Assembly: GCA_039932335.1 (NCBI GenBank)
Contig: JBDTQH010000028.1
Coordinates: 3,728-67,727, forward strand
DNA: 64,000 nucleotides
Source: Chloroflexota bacterium
GTDB lineage: Bacteria > Chloroflexota > Chloroflexia > QHBQ01 > JADMIH01
Direction of reading: 5' to 3'
Part shown: positions 48,036-57,600 of the stretch, piece after piece
Numbering within the stretch: position 1 is the stretch's first letter
Layout: each line of letters starts with the position of its first letter
The notes under the pieces: model-generated
Told to the model about the DNA's origin: nothing
The model's database searches: none
Seen by the model: only the letters and a program-made list of their open reading frames with translations
Translations under genes and position numbers: made by a program

Positions 48036-48716
48036 CTACGATAGCTCGAAGACCAACTCCATTTTGCCGAGGCTGATGCGGTCGCCTGAGCGAAGGGGGT
48101 GGAGCGTGTAAGGAGGTATGCGCTGGCCGTTCACGATGCTGCCGTTCATGGCCTGTAGGTCTTCGAGGTAGAAGTGCTCGCCGTTGCGGGTTATGCGGAA
48201 GTGGCGGCGTGATACGCCCAAATCGAGGCCGCCGTAGGGGCCAAGATCGACATCGGGGTAGCTGTTGCTCTGAGGATCGGAACGGCCCACAATTAGCTCT
48301 GCGCGATTAGGTATCTGGATCGTAGCGGGGGGAGGCGGCGATGTTACAACCAGCGATGCCGTAACCTGGCGTGCAGGAGCGGACGAATAGCTGCTGCCCA
48401 TGGGAGCCGACGAATAAGAAGGGGGCGCACCCACCTGCCGCGAACTCGACGCGGGCTGAGAGGATGACTGGGCCTGTTGAGGTGAAACGTAGCTTGTTGG
48501 CGCAAGAAGTGCGGCCCCGCAATTGTCGCAGAAAGCCTCGCCGGGCAGGGCGGCCGAGCCGCAGACGGGGCAAGCAGTAGCGCCGATGCCGTTGTTCGAC
48601 TCGACGGCTGCTTTTGGTGAGGCAGCGCCCTGCCCACGCACGGGCGTGCCGCATGCATCGCAGAAAGCGACACCATCAGGCAACTCAACCCCACAATTCG
48701 CGCAATAAATAACCAT
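48036..48716 (-). CDS. Double zinc-ribbon + FHA domain protein
   Basis: CANCG..FCDACG, CPVCG..FCDNCG; VGR, VSRRH, NGS FHA motifs. Confidence 0.9.
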   Translation of the reverse strand: MVIYCANCGVELPDGVAFCDACGTPVRGQGAASPKAAVESNNGIGATACPVCGSAALPGEAFCDNCGAALLAPTSYVSPQQAQSSSQPASSSRQVGAPPSYSSAPMGSSYSSAPARQVTASLVVTSPPPPATIQIPNRAELIVGRSDPQSNSYPDVDLGPYGGLDLGVSRRHFRITRNGEHFYLEDLQAMNGSIVNGQRIPPYTLHPLRSGDRISLGKMELVFELS

Positions 48717-48802
48717 ACTTCTCCTCTGTTTACATGTCAGCGTTTAGGCCCGAGAGGTGGCAAGGCTGTAATGCCTTGCGCCTCACCGCCGATACATGGC
48801 AC

Positions 48803-50089
48803 CTAACTCTTGTCTAATTTTACCGTTTTGCCGCTCTCAAAGCGAATTGTCTTGCGGCCTTCGGGCGACATCATGCGGCCTTTTTCCAGGTTAGCAAGCT
48901 CTGTCTCCACTGTGGCGGCTAGCTCGGTGTCTCCCTGGTTCAACAGGTGCGTGAGCGCGCCTCGCAGCTTCTGAGTGGCAGACTGCACATTGCCCTTTTC
49001 AAGATCTTCGAGGGCGCGGGTTTGCAGTTTGAATGCGCTCACCTTCTCTACAAGGTTCATTATGCTTGCGTTGGAGGGAGGAACCACCGCCGGATTGTGC
49101 GAGTAGCTCAGGAGGACGTCAACGGAAGCGCGCTGCTGGGTAAGGCCCGATTGCGGCACGTCATACTCAACGTCCACCTGGGCGATACGGTAGCTTCCTT
49201 CAGGGCGTGCGGGCACCACAAACTCTACAAGCAAGGTCTGGCCGTGGCCGCGCTCAAGCTCGCCCAGGTAAATGTTCTGGGCGCGGTCGGCGACTTGCCC
49301 CGGTTCGAGGCGGGCGATAAGCGGGTAAACGCGGAAGACGTTGCGGATGTCGATGCCGAGGGCCGGGCGTAAGTTCACCGACACGCGCTGTAGGGCCACA
49401 GCTTGCATCTGCTGGACGGTGCGGGCGAAATGGGTACGGATCTGCTCAGGGGTGGAGATATAGTCGGATTCGCCGCCGCTCCTGCCGCCGATGTCCTGCA
49501 TCAGCTTGTCGTTCCAGTCCTTGCCGATACCAAGGGCCGTTATGGGCACACCAATACGGGCAGCCTGCTCGGCCTGCTCAAGGCAGCGCTTCTCCTTCTC
49601 AGTGATGCCGTCGGTGAGCAGCACCATGCGGTTCACCTGGGCGGTTCCTCCATGAGAATTGCCTGTAATGGACATTTGCTTGCGCAATTCGATAAGCCCG
49701 GCCTCCATAGCGGGAGCCATGCTTGTGCCGCCGTCAGCCTTTAGCTGGGCCACGCGGGATTTCAGCTCGGAGCGGCGCGACTCGCTGGTGATGCGCTGTG
49801 AGGGGAACGCCACATCGGTGCGGCTGTTGAAGAAGATGACGGATATATAATCTTGAGGCTGGAGCATATCCAGCACCAGCGTAGTGGCTTCGCGAAGGTT
49901 CTCTATCTTGGAGCCGTGCATGGAACCGCTGCGGTCGAGCACGAGGCAGAGATTGAGGGGCAGCGACGATGAAGCAGCGGCGGTTTCGGCGGGCCGAAGC
50001 TCAAGTAGACAATAAACAAGCTGCTCCACGTTCATAACGGGCACGGTGGCCCTGGACAGCATCGACTGAATATTTAGCTCGCCTGCCAT
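48803..50089 (-). CDS. von Willebrand factor A domain protein
   Basis: LVLDRSGSM MIDAS, GGT, LLTDG; RBS GGAGGA. Confidence 0.9.
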   Translation of the reverse strand: MAGELNIQSMLSRATVPVMNVEQLVYCLLELRPAETAAASSSLPLNLCLVLDRSGSMHGSKIENLREATTLVLDMLQPQDYISVIFFNSRTDVAFPSQRITSESRRSELKSRVAQLKADGGTSMAPAMEAGLIELRKQMSITGNSHGGTAQVNRMVLLTDGITEKEKRCLEQAEQAARIGVPITALGIGKDWNDKLMQDIGGRSGGESDYISTPEQIRTHFARTVQQMQAVALQRVSVNLRPALGIDIRNVFRVYPLIARLEPGQVADRAQNIYLGELERGHGQTLLVEFVVPARPEGSYRIAQVDVEYDVPQSGLTQQRASVDVLLSYSHNPAVVPPSNASIMNLVEKVSAFKLQTRALEDLEKGNVQSATQKLRGALTHLLNQGDTELAATVETELANLEKGRMMSPEGRKTIRFESGKTVKLDKS

Positions 50090-50195
50090 GACTCTAACTC
50101 CTCCGCTACCTGTTGAGGCCACTCTCTTTAGGTTTTACCATTATAGAGATACGGATTGAGGGCGTCAAAGTTTCAGCGCAACCCTAACACTCTAC

Positions 50196-51542
50196 CTAAG
50201 CTTCTTCCTGTAGGGCGGCGCTGCTTGAGCGGGAGCGGCGCATTATGCGGCCGTAGGCGTTCATGAGGGGCGTTACCGAGATACCGTGCACCACTATTGA
50301 GACGGCGACGATAGCCAGGGTAAGCGAGGCGAACTGCTGCGCTAAACCGGCAGGTATACCGTGCTGAATCGCGTACATGAGGTAATAGATAGAGCCGATG
50401 CCGCGGATGCCGAACCACGACATGTAACGGCGTTTCACGGACGAGTTAGTTGCGCCAAGCAGACCGAGGGCAACCGAGATAGGGCGGATTACGAAGAAGA
50501 GCAGCGGAATGAACCACCAGGAAGCAGCGGGCAAGAAACTGAATGAGAGCATCGCGCCCACCACGACTACTACTGTTACCTCGCCTATGCGCTCCAGTTG
50601 CTCGTTGAAGAGGAGCACGGCGGAAACCAGGTAGGCAGGTGCCTTCTTCGGATCGGTGGCCGCCTGTTCGAGGTCGGACACAGGTGTGCTGGAGAGGACT
50701 TTCTCGGGCTCATCTTCGCCCGTGGTCTGGCGCTCTATGCGCCTTAGCGCGAAACCGGCCGCAAAGACCGCTAGGAAGCCGGAGGTATGGAGCAACAGTG
50801 CCGACCCGTAAGCGAAGGCGATCAGGCCGAGAGCAAGGAAATCGTCAAGGCCGAGCGCTTCTTTGTGGCGGCTGCGCAAGTAAAGCACAAGCTTGCCTAC
50901 GAGCGTGCCAAGCAAGCCCCCGATGGCGAGGCCGCCCAGGGTGGACCAGACTACATCAAGGGCAATCCAGCGCAAGCCGAAATCGCCAAGCTCGTGAAGG
51001 CCCATCAGGCCAAGGCCGAGCATAACAAAGGGGAACGCTGTGCCGTCGTTCAAGCTTGCTTCGCCTGTGAGGCTGAAGCGGAGGCGGTCGCGATCAAAGG
51101 CATTTTCCACCTGCACATCGGAGGCAAGCACGGGGTCGGTGGGGGCAAGCATACCACCCAGCAGAATCGCAGCACCGAGAGATAGGCCCAGCAGCGTGAC
51201 GCCGGTGAGCGCGATCAGGCCAACCGTAATCGTCATGGATACAAAGGCAAGGCGGACGGGTATTCGCCACTGCCGGTCGTTGAGGGGTATGCGTAGCTTG
51301 AGGCCGGCTGTGAAGAGGGAGATAATGACGGCCACCTCGGTAAAGTGCTCAAGTAGACCTGAATGCTCAACAGGGTCGAGACTGATCAGGCCGAAACCGG
51401 CAGGACCGAGAACGAAGCCAACCGCCAGGTAGACTATAGAGGTGGTTAGAGGCAGACGCTTCAGCAGAGTAGCGCTCAGCGCCATCATGACGAACAGGCC
51501 GCCTACTATCAAGAACCAGAATGTGGGTGTCGAAATATCCAT
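50196..51542 (-). CDS. CPA1-family cation/proton antiporter (NhaP-like)
   Basis: LAPTDPVLA, GEASLNDG, SGFLAVF, WFGIRGIGS. Confidence 0.92.
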   Translation of the reverse strand: MDISTPTFWFLIVGGLFVMMALSATLLKRLPLTTSIVYLAVGFVLGPAGFGLISLDPVEHSGLLEHFTEVAVIISLFTAGLKLRIPLNDRQWRIPVRLAFVSMTITVGLIALTGVTLLGLSLGAAILLGGMLAPTDPVLASDVQVENAFDRDRLRFSLTGEASLNDGTAFPFVMLGLGLMGLHELGDFGLRWIALDVVWSTLGGLAIGGLLGTLVGKLVLYLRSRHKEALGLDDFLALGLIAFAYGSALLLHTSGFLAVFAAGFALRRIERQTTGEDEPEKVLSSTPVSDLEQAATDPKKAPAYLVSAVLLFNEQLERIGEVTVVVVVGAMLSFSFLPAASWWFIPLLFFVIRPISVALGLLGATNSSVKRRYMSWFGIRGIGSIYYLMYAIQHGIPAGLAQQFASLTLAIVAVSIVVHGISVTPLMNAYGRIMRRSRSSSAALQEEA

Positions 51543-51689
51543 AGGTGTGTTACGGTTGTCAGTTGCCCGGTGCCACTGGAGGTCGGCGGTCACAACTGAT
51601 ATATGACGATTAAGATGTGGAACAAAAACGCCGCTGATTACGTATAAATGTCAACTGGTGTCCCAACCAATTTTAAGGAGTAACTCTAC

Positions 51690-51989
51690 ATGGAAACTAC
51701 TGAGAATAGCGATCAGGTTCGCAACGAGCAAATCGGCGGTATGGCCGGTATGGGTGCAGGTATGATGGCGGGGGCGCGCATCGGTAGTGCGCTCCTTCCT
51801 ATTCCGCTGGTCGGTACATTTGTGGGGGCTATGCTCGGCGGGGTGTTCGGCACCGAAGTTGGCAAAAGGGTCGGGCCGGCCATTATCAATGCCGGTACAG
51901 CGTTTGTCCAAACTATGACCACCGCACCGGCACCACAGCAGGAGACCATGGCAAGCGCTGAAGATGCGCCTTCCGAGGGAACAGCCTGA
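51690..51989 (+). CDS. Small glycine-zipper protein
   Basis: RBS AAGGAG; GGMAGMGAGMMAGARIGSALLPIPLVGTFVGAMLGGVFG. Confidence 0.75.
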   Translation: METTENSDQVRNEQIGGMAGMGAGMMAGARIGSALLPIPLVGTFVGAMLGGVFGTEVGKRVGPAIINAGTAFVQTMTTAPAPQQETMASAEDAPSEGTA

Positions 51990-52072
51990 TACCACGCGTG
52001 TCCAGGAAGCAAAGTCGGGCATCAGTCGATTGCGGCACAGCAGGGCGGTACGTGACACGCCGAGAGGGTTCG

Positions 52073-53056
52073 CTACCTCATAAGCGTTGGCTCCGGATCG
52101 CCCTGGCGCGTGTCGAGTAAGCTGATGCCGTGCTCGCGCAGGTAATCTTTCACGCACACAACGGCAAGCTCTTTTGCTTTGGCCTCGAACATCACATCGA
52201 AATCGGGTAGATCGCGCATTCGCTCCACATAGGCCGCGAATGCCGCGGGATCAATATAATCGGCGTGCGCACCCACAGAAGCCTGCTGGGTGCGGGTGCC
52301 TTTGCCTTTCATGCGTACCTTCACCTCACCCTCACGCTGGTCGGAATAGTGTGTCTTGGGGGTCTGCCCTTCCGGCCACGTTGCCAGGCTGCGTGCAAGG
52401 GCTTCGTGCTCATCGAGGGTTGTACCCTCTTCCTCCATGCTGGGGTTCACGCGATGATGCAGATTATCGAACACAACTGGAACGCCAGTGTGCGTGCTTA
52501 CGTAGAGAGCATCGGCCACATTGAAGATCGTGTCGTCGTTCTCAATTACGAGGCGGGCGCGCACATTATCAGGCAACAGCGGGTAACGCTCGATCCAGCG
52601 GTCGAGGGCGGACGGTTTGTCGCCATACGCGCCGCCGATATGGACGATAACCTTGTTGTCGGGCGGCTGGCCCATGTAGTCGAAGAGATCGGCGGCGTAC
52701 TGCAACTCTCGCACAGCCGATGCGTAGGTAACGTCGCTGGGCGAATTGAGCACTGTATACTGGCCGGGGTGCATACTCAGCCGTATGTTGAGGCTGCGAG
52801 CCAGCGAGCCTAAATCCGCAAGCTGGGAGCGGGCTTCGTTTAGCTGGTTGCCGAATTGCGGCCTGGTGAGGTCAGTGTAGTAGGGCGCGACATTGGAGCT
52901 GAGCCTGTACATGTTTATTCCCAGGCTCGCGGCGTATTCCAGTATTTGCGAGACATAGTCAAGGCTCACGCAGAGATGTGGGTTGTTCTGCCACTTGCGC
53001 GTATCGTGTGCCCTAACGTCTATTCCCATGACTGTGCAGGCAAAGCCTAAGCGCAT
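52073..53056 (-). CDS. uvsE: UV DNA damage endonuclease
   Basis: MRLGFAC, YRLSS, RLSMHPGQY, HIGG, LVIENDD, FDNLHH, HYS, HADY, MFEAKAKE. Confidence 0.93.
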   Translation of the reverse strand: MRLGFACTVMGIDVRAHDTRKWQNNPHLCVSLDYVSQILEYAASLGINMYRLSSNVAPYYTDLTRPQFGNQLNEARSQLADLGSLARSLNIRLSMHPGQYTVLNSPSDVTYASAVRELQYAADLFDYMGQPPDNKVIVHIGGAYGDKPSALDRWIERYPLLPDNVRARLVIENDDTIFNVADALYVSTHTGVPVVFDNLHHRVNPSMEEEGTTLDEHEALARSLATWPEGQTPKTHYSDQREGEVKVRMKGKGTRTQQASVGAHADYIDPAAFAAYVERMRDLPDFDVMFEAKAKELAVVCVKDYLREHGISLLDTRQGDPEPTLMR

Positions 53057-53075
53057 CTCTAATACTCCTGTTCAG

Positions 53076-53266
53076 GTAAATGTTCAGATTTAGGGTGGAG
53101 CAACCTGACATGTCGATAAGCCAAGGCCCACCGCCCCCCGCTTCGCTCATACCCCTCCCACGTGTGGGAGGGGAGTCCAAGAAAGAGGGAAGAGTGGGGG
53201 ACACCCCAACCCCCCGTCATGGGCTTCGCCCCTGCACCCCTTTGCATCTCAAGTCTGAACACTTAT
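53076..53266. mobile_element. IS66-like MITE copy F
   Basis: GTAAATGTTCAGA...TCTGAACACTTAT; flanks CTGTTCAG/TTGTTCGG (6/8 match); the left flank overlaps the uvsE RBS. Confidence 0.82.
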
Positions 53267-53399
53267 TTGTTCGGTTCCTGTCAGGTATCCGGGGTGGAAA
53301 AGCTATCATTGCACGATAAGACATAGCAGCATCCGGACCCCCCGTTACCCATGTTCTACGCAGCGGGCCGGGGACGTGGTTCTATAGCAGACTAAATAG

Positions 53400-53439
53400 A
53401 CAAAGGAAAACTCCCCAGGTTGGGGAGTCTTCCTTTGTC
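53400..53439 (-). terminator. Intrinsic terminator after the pseudogene
   Basis: GACAAAGGAAAACTCCCC...GGGGAGTCTTCCTTTGTC. Confidence 0.75.
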
Positions 53440-53460
53440 ATGCTGGATGAGGTTGCCGAA

Positions 53461-53746
53461 CTATTTCTGAGGAGGCTGGCAGTCCGGGAAGAATGTGTTG
53501 CTCACGATCTTCGAGGTCTGCCCCCTGGTGGCGTTAGCGTTGGGTTGGTGTGACGCAGGTGAGCAGTGGTGCCACGTTCACCCATGTGGGGCTTGCCTGG
53601 GTAAGATCGAGCATTTCTACGTTGTTGACGGGGGTTAGCTGGCGAGTGGATGCGCTCCACACATCTCCGCCTATAGCCTAGAGCTTGCCGTCTACTACAG
53701 CACCCCTCGCAGAGGCGCGGCCCAGGTTGAGGTCGGCAAGCTGAGT
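53461..53746 (-). pseudogene. Remnant of a Kelch-SLH surface protein gene
   Basis: 53746-53558 reads TQLADLNLGRASARGAVVDGKL*AIGGDVWS...VEMLDLTQASPTWVNVAPLLT (Kelch; stop at 53680-53678). In another frame, 53544-53461 reads PNANATRGQTSKIVSNTFFPDCQPPQK* (SLH tail). Confidence 0.85.
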
Positions 53747-53783
53747 CTTGCACCGCTCAGCCCGGTTGGGGCTGAAGGGATAC

Positions 53784-54401
53784 CTAGCGGCGGACTGCCT
53801 CCTGGACTACGACATTTTCCACCCCTTCTTCGCCCGCTGCGGGCGGATCGAACTTACCGGTCTTCAACTCGCGATAATAAAGATCCAGGCCGCCTTTGTT
53901 ATTGACGAGGCCCTTCGCCCTCACCAGGCCTTTCTCATCAAGCATGAAGAGGAAGGGGGTGACGCGAACCTTGTACTTATCGAGCAGGTTGTCATCGGGC
54001 GTATATGGCACTACAGGGAGGGTTGCGCCGGTCTCAGAGACGAAGCGGTTGCTCTCTTCTTCAGAAGCGGCGTTGAGCCAGAGTACGGAAACGTCGCTAT
54101 GCTGCCTGGCCCAATCATGAAGCTGAGGCAGCAAGAGGCGGCAAGGGCTGCAATGCGGAGAGCCAAACAGGAGTGCTACGGGTTTACCTTTGTAGCTGCT
54201 CAACTGCTGCACCTGACCAAACTGGTCTGTGAGCTTGAAATCGGGGGCACGAACCCCACGCTCTAATCCATCGCGCGATACACCTTCCGCGGTTCCGAGG
54301 TACATGATGCCGAGCTGACGATAAAGTAGTAATACCAGTACGCCAAGACCAATCACCAATAGCCATAACACTATATAGCTTACAAGCCAGATACCTTCCA
54401 T
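53784..54401 (-). CDS. MauD-like membrane-anchored thioredoxin (methylamine dehydrogenase accessory family)
   Basis: SYIVLWLLV...LLLYRQLGIMY...GL..G..APDF, FGSPHCSPCRLLLP, YKVRVTPF, VRAKGLVN; RBS AGGAG before ATG 54401. Confidence 0.82.
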   Translation of the reverse strand: MEGIWLVSYIVLWLLVIGLGVLVLLLYRQLGIMYLGTAEGVSRDGLERGVRAPDFKLTDQFGQVQQLSSYKGKPVALLFGSPHCSPCRLLLPQLHDWARQHSDVSVLWLNAASEEESNRFVSETGATLPVVPYTPDDNLLDKYKVRVTPFLFMLDEKGLVRAKGLVNNKGGLDLYYRELKTGKFDPPAAGEEGVENVVVQEAVRR

Positions 54402-54609
54402 GGGACTCCTATGATATGACGGTAGACCGTGGGCGGTGGAACGCTGCGTGAAATCCAATGGGATTACCGGCCAGGGTCAAGCGCCGTTTAGATAATTGTA
54501 TGTTTCTCTTATACCCGATTATGCCCGCGTTGGACAAGGACGACCAATTATGCGTCGGGCTTGAATTGCCGGTAGTATCTTGTTTATTTGTTCCAGTACT
54601 GTGGTTGAT

Positions 54610-54643
54610 GAACAAGAGCCTCCGTTGAGGGAGGCTCTTGTTC
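54610..54643 (-). terminator. Intrinsic terminator
   Basis: GAACAAGAGCCTCC...GGAGGCTCTTGTTC. Confidence 0.75.
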
Positions 54644-54669
54644 GTTGTGGCCTTGCGGCCATCTACACT

Positions 54670-57600
54670 CTAGTTGTTGGGTACAGAAGCCTTTACAGGC
54701 TGCTGTGGGGTGTCGCAGTTAGGGAAGAATGTGTTAGCCACTATCTTCGATGTCTGCCCCCTCGATAGCGTTGCGTTAGGTCGGAAGTAAGGCCTGCTCT
54801 GGCTGTCGCACGGCTCGGTCGGATCTACTCCGCACGGATAGCCGCTCATGACGTTAGGCCTGTTCATCAGCAAGCGCTCCACATAGACGTGGAATGTTGA
54901 GCCAGGAGGCACGTCGGTGAAGGTGAATGTGGCAGGATCAGGATCATTGAAGCCTGCTGCATTCGATACGATCTTGGTTAGCTGTCCGCGTGTAGCGGTG
55001 GCACTCGGCCTGAAGTAAGGCTTGTTGCCTGGCAATACGCACGGCTCGTTGGGATCAACACCGCACGGGTAGCCACCCATTACACCACGGCTGGCCAACC
55101 GCTCAATGTAGTCGTAGAAGGTAGAACCAGGGACAACGTCCTCAAAGGTCTGGCCGCTGACAGGGTCAGAGAAGCCAGCCGACTGGGAGACGATCTTCGA
55201 CAACTGCCCACGCGTCACAGAGTTGGACGGTCGGAAGTAAGGATCGCTGTTAGGGTTACAAGGCTCGCCTGTACCACCACACGGATAACCGTTGATGATG
55301 TTGCGGCAAGCAAGGCACTTGATGAAGGGGTAGAACGTGTTGCCGGGCAGCACGTCAGCGAACTCAATTGCGCAATGTGTCGGTGTAGCTGTAGGCGATC
55401 CTGGTGTAGATGTAGCGCCTGTTGTAACCGTAGCGCCGACTGTGTTAGTGGCACCAGGTGTACCAGGCGTGTTTGTAGCGCCAACCGTGTTAGTGGCAGC
55501 AGGCGCTGTACTGGTGGCAGTTGTGCCGACAGTGTTGGTTGCACCCGGTGTTGGTGTGTTGCAAGTAGCACCTGGGGAGTAGATTTCCATGGAGGGATCA
55601 GGGGCTGTTGGCGCATAGCCGCCTGCCATGTAGATCTTGGTGCCGTCCGTGTCCGCCGGGAAGTTACGCCTCGCCAGCGTGAACGAAGGGCCTGTGCTCC
55701 ATGAGTTGGTTGCCGGGTCGTATATATCCACCTCTGTGCTAGGGTTAGGCGCATCTCGCCCGCCTCCCAGCACCCACATCTTGCCACCATAAGCTACCGC
55801 CCTTGTTTCTGCTGTTGCTCTCGGTATGTTGGTGATGGCCGTGATCGTGTTGGTGGCCGGATCGTACTTGTACGAGTTGTCGCTGTCCAACAGCGTGGTG
55901 CCGTCCCATATAGAGCCGCCACCGGTGTAGATCATGCCGCCGATCGCTGCGGTCGGGATATAGCCAAGCTGCACAGGCAGTACGGTCGACTTGAGCGTCC
56001 AGCGCGAGCCTGCCGCTGCTGCCGGGTCGAACTCCCATATCTGGTCGGACATGCCGACGTTGATCTCGAAGCCGCCAAGCACATAGAGCTTGTTGTTCAC
56101 GACCGCTACTCCACCAGGGAGTGTTGTTGTGCCCGGGGTCCACGGATCGGAGGAGAGAGTGGTCATTGTGTCGGTAGCAGGGTTGTACGTCTTGACCTCT
56201 GATGTGCCGCTTGTACCGCCACCGGCAGAGCCGCCCACCATAACGATAACGGGAGTGCCGCTCATAGTGAGGACAGCGCCCTGCATGTTGGAGGTCTGGT
56301 TATCGGAGAAGGAGGCGGTTTTCTGCACCCAGGTATCGGTGCCGGGAGTGTACTCAAGAGGCTGCATCTGAGCGAGGTTAGGATCACCGTCGCCTGTGCG
56401 GCCGCCCATCGAGTAGAACTTACCGTTGGCGGGGAAGTAGACACCCCATGCCCGCACGATACCGGCAGTGAGGGGAGCGCCTGCTGTCCAGCCACCTGCT
56501 GATGGTGCGCATGTTGGGGAAGCAGCGGGAGTGTTGGTCGGCCCAGGTGTGTTGGTAGGTCCGGCAGTACCGCAAGCAGGCTGAGTGAATGTCAGTTGCT
56601 TGCCGGATAGGCCGGCTACTGCCGTGTCGCAGGAGAACGACGTGTAGTTGGTTCCGTCTTTCTGCACACCTATGGTAGCGCCGCTGCCGGTTTGTGCGGA
56701 AGCCATAGTGCCATAGATGATGTCGAACTGCCTGGTCGCTGAATTCTCATACAGACGCAACTCGTAGTTGGCGTCAGAGTTGGCAGCACAGGTGGTGGCT
56801 CCGGCATACGCGCATGTGCGCCACTCGATATTGAAGATACGGTTTGGTGCCGTTCCGCTTATCGAGGTAAAGATACCCTTACCTGCCGGTGCTGTAATCT
56901 GGTCGTCCCAGTAAGGCATGATCGCATAGGTGCTGAGAGTTGCCGAGGGCAAGCACTCATTGGTATAGGCGCTGCTGTTGGTGACGAACTGAGCGTTGCC
57001 GTTAGGCCCGAGGTTTACACTGTTGTATGTCTGGTCGTACAGGTTGAAGGCGAACGGCAGAGCGATATTAGTTGTAAGATCGTCTGTGTGGTTGCCGATG
57101 TCTGTCGTGCCGGGCACGATTGTGCCTGTCGACTGGGCAATGCTATATGGGGCACTTGCACCGCAAGCCGTTGCCGTGGGTGATGGTGTGTTTGTTGGTG
57201 TGCGTGTTTGTGTAGCTGTGGGAGGTGTGCCTGTGACTGTGGGTGTAGGTGTGCCACCACCGCCGGCGAACGTTCCCATCCTGGCGTAGTGGCGTGTGCC
57301 CGAGCGGTTGTCTGTCCAGCTGGCGACGATAGCGGCGTTGCTGCCGTTATATCCGCCAACGTGTACAGCCTGGTAGTCGCCGTGGAAACCGGCCGCAGGG
57401 TAGGTTACGCTGCTTAGCTGGAAGGGCGCTGTCCAGGTCACACCACGGTCGGTGGACTGTACATAGTAGTGTGCCAGCGTGCTCGGGGCACCGGCCTGGC
57501 TGCTCGAATAGGTGACGTGAACGGTATGGTCACGCGAAACGGTGATCCACGGCATATACTGGGCTACAGCGGCGTTGGGGTCGTTGTAGACAAAGCTAGG

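Noticed and set aside
53250-53275. LexA box upstream of uvsE
   Set aside because: GAAC and GTTC are 8 nt apart rather than 4, and they arise at the MITE end.
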